The position numbers and the translations under genes are program-made. This document shows positions 52,823-64,000 of a DNA stretch of 64,000 nt, piece by piece; the stretch's first letter is position 1; each line of letters opens with the position of its first letter. Source of the DNA: Octopus sinensis (taxonomy: Eukaryota); assembly GCF_006345805.1 (NCBI RefSeq), contig NW_021832592.1, forward strand, positions 1 through 64,000, in the 5' to 3' direction. The notes beneath the pieces are model-generated. The model saw nothing but the letters and a program-made list of their open reading frames with translations, was not told the DNA's origin and searched no databases.

Positions 52823-53949
52823 AATACACACACACACACACACACACTACATGCACATACACGCACGCACGCACGAACGCATGCACGAACACACACGTAC
52901 ACACATTTACAGACAGACAGCGCAAATTTAATCTGCAGAATATTTTCTAAATAAAATGTTGAAGTTACCTTTATAAGAGAACCCAATTTGCTCCAAAGTG
53001 TAACATTCGGGCATCGTTCCATTCCAGTCGAGTTTAGGTAAAACGAAGTGACCAGGCAACCTCCCACAAGGTATACAATTATAATTGAAAATGTACTGAA
53101 AAATAATCGTTTCAAACATTGATATTTTCAAAGAAGTTGTTTTCTAAAGCTGTATGCAAATTATACACATTTACTTTGTACGCATGTAGAGATGACAGAA
53201 TCCATTATACGTATCTACAGAAGAGTTAAAGCAGTTCATCTTCGATAAGTCGGCCACTGTGAAACATTTCCTAATGAAGAATATAGACACAATACTACGA
53301 TTGTGACTTTGTTTTCAAACAATAGCTCAAAAATGACATTTTCCAATGTTTAATAAAGAATTTGGTTGCTATATCCGGCAAGTTGAATAAGCACACAAAA
53401 AACTTCCTCACTCATAGTCATTGTCTGTAGAGCACCCCACTAGTGACAAAATATGAAACAGACTAAGAACAGCGGGCAATTCGGCTGGTAGCATTGACAC
53501 ATTATTTTCGATGCCAAAGTTATTGGAATTATTTAAGGGTGACTTTGCGGTGCTGAATCTGAAAATGACATTAGTTTCCCTACATTGGCACTAATTTTTG
53601 ACATGTTTAAAGGCCCTATATTTGAGAATTCACAACACTTAGCCTTCCAAGCCCCTCTTATTTTTATGATACAGTTGTGCCTGAATTGATATTTAGGTAT
53701 TGGGTCATTTAATTAATTGCATATTACATAATGGAATTTAAAATATTTGTAGTTTTATTAAAGCATGTTGACACAAAATGATCATTCTGACATAAAATGC
53801 CAAAACATGTATACATTGTAACATTAAAAAACTAACAAAAATTAATCACAAAATATTTGATGACATCTTAAACTAATAATTTTCACGACAATACAATAGC
53901 ATCGACTAATTAAGAATATTAAAATATATACGTCCTTCATGTTCATATG

Positions 53950-54640
53950 ATTTTCTTTTGTGTAGCGTAGCAGGACAATAATCGGAATGTTCCAACAGTA
54001 GTCCTGCCATTATATGTATTCCATTTCTACCTTGATAGCTTTCCATCATCGTTATATCGTGGTGGAACTTTACCTTTTGTTCGTCACATAAATCTCAAAA
54101 AGTTAATTGGAAATTAGTCCAACTGCCTATGGATGGAGTGTACTTTTATGTCCATATTACTCGCAGCACTCATACTGTTATTGAGCACCTTTTCCATAAT
54201 TCTTCACAATTGTCTGCTTACTTGTCACCCAAGAAGTTTTCAATAACTGAGGTGTAACTACACCAAGTAGAAACTTCCATATCATTCATATATTTCTGAA
54301 AACTAGTATCTTTGGTAAGTTTACAAATATGATCAGCAGTAGATATTCTACTTTTGATACAAACGCACTTGAAGCAATCACCATCTCTTTTCAAAGCTTT
54401 AACAAATTGTTTCATCAGTCCCAAATAAATATGGAGGACAGGAAGAATGATATTTTCTCTTTGAGCCAATAGCCCATTAAAGGATGTTCAGTCTCCCTAT
54501 GGTTATTCTATCTATTGAAGGCCATGTTACGTTTTTCAATTGATCTTGCTTTGCTCTCTTGCCCCACAAGCATTTGAAGCAAAGATATTTTGTGTTCCTA
54601 CTTTGCTATCCCAGCAAGAAATTCTCTATCTTTGAGTCAA
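53950..54640 (-). pseudogene. DNA transposon transposase remnant (recalled as Chapaev3-like; family name tentative)
   Basis: IILPVLHIYLGLMKQFVKAL..GDCFK, NFLGDK and SDEQK.KFHHDI..ME match the LHIKLGL..FVKAL..SDEQGERFHQDI transposase type. Confidence 0.7.
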
Positions 54641-55032
54641 CGTGAATAGACCACCGACGCTCATGATAACAGAGTCCTTGAAAGACAATTATGTTCTTTA
54701 TATTGTCTGACCAATTGGTAACGATACATAACAGTTTCCATAGTGAAATAAAATACATTTCAAACTTCAGGTGGCTCTTTCTCTTTCTCATTCACTCCCT
54801 TTACCTCTCTCTGTATATACTTATAGTCGACAATCTAGTTGTTACATTTCGAGAAAAGTTCAGCTATGTTATTTCCGTAGACAACATCTTCGTGTTTGAT
54901 AGAATAAGGAAGAAATGTCTCTTCTCTTTCTTCAAGGCTGTTATTTTAACTTGCATGTAGACAGTTCTTTTCTTTTAGCCTGAATGCCAAAGTTTCAGTA
55001 GACTACTTTGAGAGACTGAGATCTTATTTCAG

Positions 55033-55065
55033 ACTAGCAGTATAACCCGGCCTTGCCCGGGATTA
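55033..55065 (+). mobile_element. Helitron-like 5' terminus
   Basis: actagcagtataacccggccttgcccggg. Confidence 0.5.
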
Positions 55066-55621
55066 AGTTACGATTATTAAGTTAATCAAGTTCTTTATTT
55101 CAAACCAAACTAAGTAACATAGACGTCAAATTTGGGCGAAATCCGTTGAAATTAGTTATTATTATATATAATATAATATAATATAAATAGACACGAACAC
55201 ACATACACACACGTACGTACGTACACCTATTGCATGTTTTGTGCACGCATACATGTTCATAAACAGAAATGAATGGAAAAAATGTTGTTAAACTTGTAGA
55301 TTAACACTCGCACAATTTTCACTAAGAAAAAAAAAATCGTTTTTTTTTTTTGCATGGAACCAAATACTCTGGCCTCAAAACCCTTTTTGTGGACCGTGAA
55401 ACGGAGTGGGGTGTGGTGGAAGCCTCGCAAATTGTACCCATTTATATTGTGTAATTCACTGACAAGTTGTTACTCACCTCTTTGCTTCTTTATTGTTAAA
55501 TAAATGGATTGTCAACAGAACATTTTTTTACTCGGCGTAAAATAAAAACAAACTCTTTCGCACCCAAAGTAATGTGTGTGAGAGATGAACGATTTAAAAT
55601 AAATAAATGATTTAGAATAAA

Positions 55622-56067
55622 TATATTGTAATTCAATAATAAATCTCTGAGCGAGATATAAACAGTAACTGCTCTATAACATAAGGGGGATCAGCCATCT
55701 GAATGTGGCTAGGGACAGGGCGGGGTGGTGGGGGTGTTACTGATGCATTTAACCCCAGGCGATCATCGACGTCACCAGAAGGGCTGACACCATCTCGGTG
55801 TCCTTGCCAGCCTGCAAAGGGAGATCAGCCTCCCCGAAGATACGGATACTACATACGGACCGGTAACGGTGCTTACCATGCGTTGATAAGAGGCAAATAC
55901 CTCGAAACCGGTCCGTATGTAGGCTGGCAAGGACACCGAGATGGTGTCAGCCCTTCTGGTGACGTCGATGATCGCCTGGGGCTAAATGCATCAGTAACAC
56001 CCCCACCACCCCGCCCTGTCCCTAGCCACATTCAGATGGCTGATCCCCCTTATGTTATATTGTAATT
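55622..56067. mobile_element. Young fold-back Penelope-type element with 12 bp TSD
   Basis: tatattgtaatt at 55622-55633 and 56056-56067; arms 55675-55813 and 55921-56059 have one mismatch in 139 bp. Confidence 0.85.
55877..55919 (+). ncRNA. Minimal type I hammerhead ribozyme, U3-A8 core variant, GUC site
   Basis: CAUGCG / UUGAUAA / GAGG-caaaua-CCUC / GAA / ACCGGU (palindromic stem III) / C17 at 55913 / CGUAUG. Confidence 0.8.
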
Positions 56068-56177
56068 GTTGTGTGAGAAAGTATATATACTATGATTATA
56101 AAATATAGTGTGCCTTTCAAAAACACAAAACAAAACATTTTACATTTTATTTTTATGAACGTAGTCACTTACTCTCT

Positions 56178-56400
56178 CTCTCTCTTTCTCTCTCTCACTT
56201 TGTCTTTCCCGTGAAACTCTCTGCCTCCTTCTTCCACATTTCTTTATCTTATTTTTTTTTTGTTAGACGCCGTCAAAAAAGCAATGGCTCTCTCTCTCCC
56301 TCTCTCACTTTGTCTTTCCCGTGAAACTCTCTGCCTCCTTTTCCCACTTTTCTTTATCGTATTTTCTTTCGTTAGACGCCATCAAAAAAGCTATGGCTGA
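56178..56400 (+). repeat. ~113 bp tandem repeat, two copies
   Basis: tcactttgtctttcccgtgaaactctctgcctcctt..gttagacgcc.tcaaaaaagc.atggct occurs twice. Confidence 0.85.
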
Positions 56401-58290
56401 TATTTTTTATGGCTAAAAGCTATGGTTGAAAATAGATTTTTACCTTATCCGCGGGTGCCTCCGGAAAAAAATAAGTTGACAAAACCTAGATAGGATGTTG
56501 ACGAATGTCCTCCTAAAATTTGAGCGAAATGCTTGCTAATTTGTGGATGAGCATAAATTGCAATCACGTACACACACACACACACACACACACCACACAC
56601 ACACACACACACGCACACACATCATGCCTATTTTTTTCCTTTTTTGAGAACAGTTTTGGTATCAAAAAACTTATTATTCATAATTATTTTCCAAGCTACC
56701 ATGTGTGGTAGACATTAAGCTTTGCATTTCTTCAACATCTGACAAGCGATGGTCAGGTAGAGACGCAAGTACCAGCATGAGAGCTTCCCTAGTATGTAGA
56801 TTTGCAGATTCCAAATCAGGATATTCCTATGTAATTTTATAGTAATTGAAGCTTTTCATATTAACAGTACAAAATAACAATCATTCGTAGGGATTTTACG
56901 GATCTCACCACACGATAGGCACTCCGACGTTAATTTTTTTCTTTTGTCTTTGGGCCATTGCCGAAAGGAATTTACTTAGATTTTGAATACATTATGGAGA
57001 ACTCATGACTTAACTTGATATCCAAACTTTTCTCCAAAATAAGAAAGATATGCTTGCTTACAAAATCAATGATATTTTTTTCTATGCTTTTCTCTAGTAT
57101 ATTCACTACAGATACAACAGAAAACATTTTATTTATTCAAGCAGGTTCTTTATGATGAACTCATCTTTACTAGTTTATTACCTGCCATAATTAAGAATTA
57201 TTAAATGAAAGAGATAATTTTAAATTTAGTTTTGCAATAAAAAATAAATAATATTGTAGAAGAGTAAAATATGTAGATAAAAACACTACAGCATCTAGCA
57301 AATATATTGAGAAAATATAGCGTAGCCACTTGGAATATGGGAGCTCCATATTTGATAATAAACACTAAATCATTAATCTTTCGTTTGTCAAAGTACTATG
57401 ATCTCTGACCAAACATTACTCCTAATCTACATTTTAACCTTGTTTTGAAATATCTCTGTATATCGTATTAAGGTGACATAAGAGCTTAAGGTGAATCCAT
57501 CATTTCAAAAACTGGAGTCAATCTGGTGAAACAATGCAATTTTTAAATTTAGGGCTCCCAAATTACCACAAATTCATTTAAATATTGTTGGCAACTGAAA
57601 AAGATAGTATTTTGCTGGCCAGTATAACTTTTTTTTTGAGATAACAAAGTAATTGTAATTCATTACAATATTGATAATAATGTCGCTTATTGATTTATAT
57701 TAGAAACACTAATCTTCCTTGGAAGTTAATGAAAGAGCGTCTCCGATTACTATAATTCTAAAGACAATGTTTCTTGATTTAGTTTAAACTCAAAAAATCT
57801 ATTTATACATGGTATTTGGGAACAAGGAAAATATCAGAAGGTAAAGCATGTCACCAAATAGAAAAAAATAAAACAATATATACTTAGAGAAAGACTGTGC
57901 ACGTGCAGGTAGTTTCAACAAAAAAAAAAACCATTCAAAAAATTGTTCTGAACCTCATTGGCAGCCTCAACACACCGATATACGAGAACTAGATAACAAT
58001 TGTCCCATGCCACTTACAGTATCCACGCATCTTTGACACCATGGAATTGCTAGACAGGTATCCCAGTGATGATGTTGCAGACACAACTGTCCAGGAAGTT
58101 CAACTCAAGAGAGGAAAGAAGTCATATGATGTTCAAGGTACATAACAACACTTCTGCATCTTGGCGGGTATAAACTGCCATATGTTCTACACATAGGACT
58201 TGTACCTGATGTGCTTGTGCATTACATGCGGATTTCCATACCTTGAGCTGTACGATAATGAATCTCACAGATCTGCAGTTACTATCGATA

Positions 58291-58692
58291 TACTCTTTTA
58301 CTCTTTTATTTGTTTCAGTCATTTGACTGCGGCCATGCTGGAGCACCGCCTTTAATCGAGCAACTCGACCCCGAAACTTATTCTTTTTGTAAGCCTAGTA
58401 CTTATTGTATCGGTCTCTGTTGCCGAACCGCTAAGTAACGGGGACATAAACACACCAGCATCGGTTGTCAAGCAATGCTAGGGGGACAAACGCAGACACA
58501 CAAACACACACACGCATATATATATATACATATATACGACGGGTTTCTTTCAGTTTCCGTTTACCAAATCCACTCACAAGGCTTTGGTCGGCCCGAGGCT
58601 ATAGTAGAAGACACTTGCCCAAGGTGCCACGCAGTGGGACTGAACCCGGAACCATGTGTTTGGTAAACAAACTACTTACCACACAGCCACTC
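58291..58692 (-). mobile_element. SINE family A, full length
   Basis: Reverse complement of 42961-43365. Confidence 0.9.
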
Positions 58693-58726
58693 TATGGACA
58701 AATAAAAAATTGACGTATACATTACG

Positions 58727-58881
58727 TTAAATCTAAACAATATGAGAGATCACTATGTGGATTCCTTGTATGCTAAAAATAGACGTCAAGCCGTCTTACT
58801 GATTTAGTGGTAAGACGGTTTTCGTCTATTTTTAGCATACAAGACATCCACATAGTGATCTTTCATATTGTTTATATTTAA
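58727..58881. repeat. ~155 bp hairpin (arms ~70 bp, 10 nt loop)
   Basis: taaacaatatgagagatcactatgtgga..ccgtcttac / gtaagacgg..tccacatagtgatctttcatattgttta. Confidence 0.85.
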
Positions 58882-60011
58882 ATAGAATTCACGGTCCTCG
58901 GACATTTATAAATATGCTGACCACTAGTTGAAATTGATATTTTTATAATATTAATTTCTACTCTAATTATTATGTTTAATTGTTTTCCATTTATTACTAT
59001 TTTGCTCACAAATACACACGACATCGTATATTGCAGGTTTCAAATATCTTTATATTCTTTCTTTTATTTATTTACTCACCATAAATCTATAGACGGACAA
59101 AAGTCAACAGTGAGTGTTCCGCCAAACGGAAATTAGCTTGAATATGTGATAAACTTGACACTTACACGATTGAGATTATACTTCCAGTAGAAAGCTTTTT
59201 TGGTTCAACAGGCACATGTGGTGTTTTTATATGACATGGTCCTGAATATTCAAAGCACTGTGGTGGAAATATAAGAAAATTATAAAATTACACACAATTT
59301 ATAAATTCTCGGTTCTTATATTTTTTGTATTTGTATAAAATGTATTACATATACAGAAATTATTATCAGTATAAAAGATTTTAACATGTCATTTTTTCTT
59401 GCTGATTGCACCTGTAATCAACTATTCATTAAACAGTTTCATTCTCTATGCCGCTTTGTGCATAATCTTGTTTAATTACTTAAATCGTTTCTCATCACTG
59501 TGTAAAAATTATGGTTTGCTAATCAGATCCTCCTCGACATAGGCACAGAGCCACACATTTTGGGAGACGATTAATTGATTAAATCAGTGCTAGTAACTTA
59601 ACTCGTATTATATTTTGTTGATCTCAGAGGAATTTAAACGACATAATTTGAACACAGAAGGCAAAGAGCTAGTATAGATACTGGAAGTATTTATTTGTTT
59701 AATGCTCTTACAATTCTTCATATCAACCTTCCTGTCGAGGTCTTAATGAGACCGAAGCAATTTCAGACGAAATAATTAAAACGCACTCAACGATATAATT
59801 AAAATAATATTAGGCATTGCTTCTTGTATTTATTTCTCAGCGCATATTGATTTCTAGCTTCCGATTTCATACTCAATAAATTAAATAAGCTAAAACTAAC
59901 TTTACTAACTTGCGGCTATTAATTTTATCAAGCAGAAGTTGATAAAGGAACAGAGTAAGACTCTGTTCTTGTTCTGATGTGAATTCTGAAACTAACAGGA
60001 AGAAACTAGAG

Positions 60012-60230
60012 CAGTGCTTTTCAAACTTTTTGCTGGAGCGGAACCCCAAGGAAACATTCCACTGGCTCGGGGAACCCCTGTGCAATAATTTAATAGTCTT
60101 ATGCACACATATCTGCACAGGAAAATTAAAAATTACTGCCGATTTTAGCAGTTTTGTAACTTCTTGCGGAACCCCTGGACTGTACTGGCGGAACTCTAAG
60201 GTTCCGCGGAACTTTGGTAGAAAACCACTG
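60012..60230 (+). mobile_element. hAT-type MITE with 8 bp TSD
   Basis: CAGTGCTTTTC..GAAAACCACTG TIRs; AACTAGAG at 60004-60011 and 60231-60238. Confidence 0.9.
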
Positions 60231-60462
60231 AACTAGAGTATTGAATTTAGTCTAACGCTTCATATTATTCAGTATGGCATTTCTATAATCAGAATCTACT
60301 CTTGGGACCCATTTTTCAACTGTAATGTAACATCAGCTCGAATATGTTTGAAGCACGTTCGAAACGGTGAACAAGCTACTCACTGCGCTTTGTCACGGAA
60401 AATATATCCCGTTTGTTAACAAATGGTTTATATACACCTATATCCGTGATAATAATATAATA

Positions 60463-60712
60463 AATACGCCCTTTTAAAGCCTAGCCAGACTCATGGGCCC
60501 AGTTTCCCGGTTTCAATGGCGTATGTGTTCCTCAGCTGGACGCGGATGCCAGTCCGTCGCAGCTTTACTCATTTTTGCCAGCTGAGTGGACTGGAGCAAC
60601 GTCAAATGAAATATTTTGCTCAAGAACCAAAGCATCGCCCGGTCCAGGAATCGAAACCACAATCTTACGATCACGATACTGACACCCTAACCACTAAGCC
60701 ATTCACCTCCAC
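60463..60712 (-). mobile_element. SINE with family D head/core but a different 3' tail
   Basis: tggcttagtggttagg A box, ggtttcgattcc B box, ttgctccagtccactcagctggcaaaaatgagt shared with 50533. Confidence 0.8.
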
Positions 60713-61149
60713 TAGATCCGTGATAACTACTCCGAAATGCTTGCATCTCACGGTTTGGGTAGATGGCGCTGGGAGCTGATGTAGGTGTATACATACCATT
60801 TGGCAACAAACGTGATATATTTTCCGTGACAAAACGCAATGAGTAGCTTGTTCACAGGTTCGAACGTGCCTCAAGCATATTCAGATGAAAATAACATTGC
60901 AGCCTTACTTATCACGGCTTAGCGCTCCTCCTCCATTATTTCAAATAGTTAAAAATAAATTTGGATGTCAAATATGCTAAGTGCTGCGGGCTATAAAGTT
61001 TGCTGAGATTTTGTGAGTTTCTACTTAAAAGGATGTTTAGGCTGAATTTGTTCATTTGTATAAAAGGAAAAGAAAACACAGTATCCTATCCAAAAATCGA
61101 AGTATTTTGTAAAAATTATAAAATATCATCTAGATTATGGCTGAGAGAT

Positions 61150-61770
61150 AACGCTTTATTCAAAGTAGCCACCCGCAGCTTCTACCATGGCCTCAAGACG
61201 ACTCCAGAAACTGCTGCATGCGTTCCTAACCATATCTCTGAGAAGATCTTCGAACACCGCTTTGAACTTGACCATCCGCTCGGGCTTAATGCTGCAGGCA
61301 GAGAGACTGGTGTCTTTTTTTAACTGCGCCCTACACATAATAATCTATGAGATTACAATCGGGTAAATCAGGAAACTAGAAAAATTCAGGCAGGGGAAGC
61401 CATAGAAATTCTCCAGAAACCACTTCTAACTCTTTCTGGAGGCATGACATGGAGCCTAATTCTGCTACTACACATATGATCTCCCAGCAGCAAACATCTC
61501 CAGTCAGGGTTTGACAACAGTACACAGACGTTTCACATAATCGTCTGAATTAAGATTAAGGCCCTGTTCAAAGATGTGGGGATGAATTCCGGTATGCGAT
61601 CGCAGTCAGAAAGCCTGCTGTGTCCCTTCCCGCTGGCCACGGTTTCGTAGTTTTCGTTGTAACTGTCCATGTCACGTTCTACAGCCCGTGCAGTGTTCAC
61701 AGAGTATTGAGCGGCAGTCAAAATGTCGGCATTTCGATACCCAGCACAAATCATCGTGACACAAGGCAAT
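61150..61770 (-). pseudogene. Tc1/mariner (maT/DD37D-like) transposase remnant, internally deleted
   Basis: PDCNLIDYYV*GA and ACSSFWSRLEAMVEAAGGYFE match the SPDLNPLDY.VW..AC..F..RLEAVV...GG.IE C-terminus. Confidence 0.7.
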
Positions 61771-63284
61771 CTTTTTCCAACATTCAGATGGCTTCCAGTC
61801 CTCCATATTAGCTAACTTTCTTTCAATTACAACTTTTATTTTTATGCTCTCCATCACCATTGACTGTTCACTAATACATCAGGCTATTTCTGAACAAGGA
61901 GACATAAAATATGGTCAAATGTTGCTCGAACATCCTGAAGATGGCACAGTATAAAGTTTAAATTAGAATTAGCAAGTTCAAAACTCATGATATAGCTAAA
62001 ACAGATTAAATTTCCAATAGCTAGACATATTTTATCTAGGTCTGAAGAAACAAGTTGAAATGCGATTTTCATCTGAACGAGCTTCAACGTGATTCTTATT
62101 CCGAAATATATGCAAAATCTCACTCAAATAACATTAAAAAAGAAACATTAGATAGTGTAATCTATTCAGAAACGATCTGAGGATGGCCATAGACTGACTG
62201 CATTTGACAATAGGACTACTCGATCGAGCCGACTAGGGCTCGAAACTGTTCCACGTCCAAAACAACTAAAACTAAAAGTTACTCACCAGAATCATACCTT
62301 GAGGGCAATTGTCTTTCAACTTGAAATTTATACGCATATTATCACTACAATTTAGTATGACTACAGCATAACTGCCAAGAAAGAAAAAAATGGAATATTA
62401 ATCAATCTACTCCTCAACGCATGCGTGATTTTAGAAATGCATAAACACATAAGACATAGTTGAGTGGTTAATACTTTTAATGTGTAAATTTCGAAGCATC
62501 GTGTTAAATTCTAGTCTAGTACTTTTGCATATAAACACATATACATACATAAATACATACATACTACTTGCATACAAACAAGTACACATACATGTGTACA
62601 TAATTCATAACAGCAACACGTAAAAAAGCATATTCATACTTCTGTTCTAAAGCATCAATTTCTAATCGGGATAGTTAAGTCGTGCAATGTTTTGTTTTTG
62701 AAGTTCAACATTCCTGCGCCTGATTACATTATCGCGAAAGAAAAAGGGCAAAAAGAGCAGTGGCTGCAGTACATGAGCTCATTTTAGTCGCGCTCGAAAA
62801 TCAAAACAGGGAATATTCACACAAGACTGTTTTGATCGAGAGGTATCGTTTATCACGCTTTTTTTTCTTTTTCATGTCGTCAGGCGACCAGGAATGAGTT
62901 TTATATGGATGGACACAAGTATTTGAATTAGGTACAGCGAAGAAAGAGACATGAATAAAGCAAAATCTGCTTTATTTACCACCATGCACCTTATTACGCG
63001 TCACTTGTTACGATTTTATGGCAAAGACCGTGATCACTCGCGATTTCCAGCCTCCCTACACTCTGGAGTTTTTCCCTGCAGACTTCCTTTGTTCTCAGTC
63101 ATTGAATTTTCCTTGAATGGTCAACGATTTCAGGTGGTAGAAGGGATCGAAGAAAATTCTTCACGGAAACTTCGTATTAACGTTAAAGCGTTTTCCAGAG
63201 AGTGTTTTAAAATAAAAAAAGTAAAAACAAACAAACAAAAAGACTTGGAAGCGTGGTATCGAAAGTGAAAGGAACTATTTTGAG

Positions 63285-63405
63285 AGAATGAAAGGTAAAG
63301 TTGACTCCCGAGGAATCTGAACTTACAACGTAAAACCAGAAAAAATGCCGCTAAACAATTTTTCCGGCGTAGTAACGATTCTGCCAGCTAGCTGCCTTAC
63401 AATGC
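63285..63405 (-). mobile_element. SINE family C, 5' part
   Basis: atgaaaggtaaagttgactc..gaacttacaacgt..ctgccagctagctgcc. Confidence 0.6.
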
Positions 63406-63559
63406 TGTTTAGTATAAAAAATTATAGAGCCTGACATATGGTGGCTGCCCCCTCGTTATCGTGTATGGCCATTGCACGAAGCATAATCAATGTTGTTATC
63501 GTGCAATGCCTATGCAAGAAGATTCTTTTAAAGTGAGTCAATCCCACTCACTAAGCAAC

Positions 63560-63970
63560 AGCAGCCATAATCCGAAAAGAAGAACAAGTCAACATCATCG
63601 GTAACCACTGAGCCGCAGGTTTTATGTCGGAGTTATCCCAGTAACCTGAGTTACCTTCTCCTAGAAGGATGCCCTAACAAAGTCTAGGAGTCCTTCACTC
63701 CCAATGGTTTAACCGCGCGATCGAGTATTCAGTCCGATTATTTCTATGTTCCCGCGTATGATACAGCCTTAAGACTGTTATTGGATGGCCGTTGACTCTC
63801 AAGAGTTCTTCCGCCCTTTGACGGGTTTTGTTTTTCATCCCGCAGGATGTCCAATAAACACCCTCCTCGCCAAATAAGCTTGGTGGGGTTGCCGATTTAG
63901 TCGCCGACGACCCGACCATGCAACAGGTTGCAGTGGGTTACATGTTACCAGTAGCACTCGAAAGTGACCT
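63560..63970 (-). mobile_element. Probable 5' end of an RTE-type LINE with candidate HDV-like ribozyme
   Basis: GC-richer island abutting (TACA)n; gttaccttctcctag recalled from RTE 5' regions; pseudoknot-like elements at 63892-63969. Confidence 0.4.
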
Positions 63971-64000
63971 GACATATACATACATACATACATACATATA

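Noticed and set aside
55703-56065. 120 aa GC-rich ORF
   Set aside because: It runs through both arms of a near-perfect inverted repeat and has no protein motif.
45962-56400. 89 bp and 113 bp direct repeats as CRISPR-like arrays
   Set aside because: Only two abutting units each, no spacers, eukaryotic context.
60970-62130. TIRs for the maT-like remnant
   Set aside because: Only an ~10 bp imperfect match (gagattttg/caaaatctc) was found, which is not convincing.

Overview
This is AT-rich eukaryotic DNA dense in repeats. The microsatellite spectrum and SINE content suggest an octopod cephalopod (inference only). No intact protein-coding gene, tRNA, rRNA or CRISPR array is supported, and most long ORFs in the track are translated microsatellites. 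The window is a layered record of mobile elements. (1) A near full-length decayed Tx1/L1-clade LINE (34.9-40.4 kb) is followed by a 5'-truncated sister copy (40.5-42.2 kb). All three junctions are (TATC)n, and the pair splits a SINE into two halves. (2) A decayed HERO-like RLE retrotransposon lies at 43.6-46.5 kb. (3) There are RTE fragments, a Penelope-like GIY-YIG remnant, and many short Penelope-type ends and fold-backs carrying minimal hammerhead ribozymes. One of these (55877-55919) looks intact and has a U3-A8 core variant. (4) There are at least four SINE or SINE-like families, one sharing its 3' tail with the Tx1 LINE. (5) hAT and piggyBac MITEs and mariner/maT, Chapaev-like and Helitron-like remnants are present. 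(6) There is a 1.9 kb tandem duplication and a 390 bp (AT)n-centred palindrome. Several short AG..GT-bounded open islands may be exons of an unidentified host gene. All calls are by eye, with no database searches or folding computations, so many boundaries are approximate.
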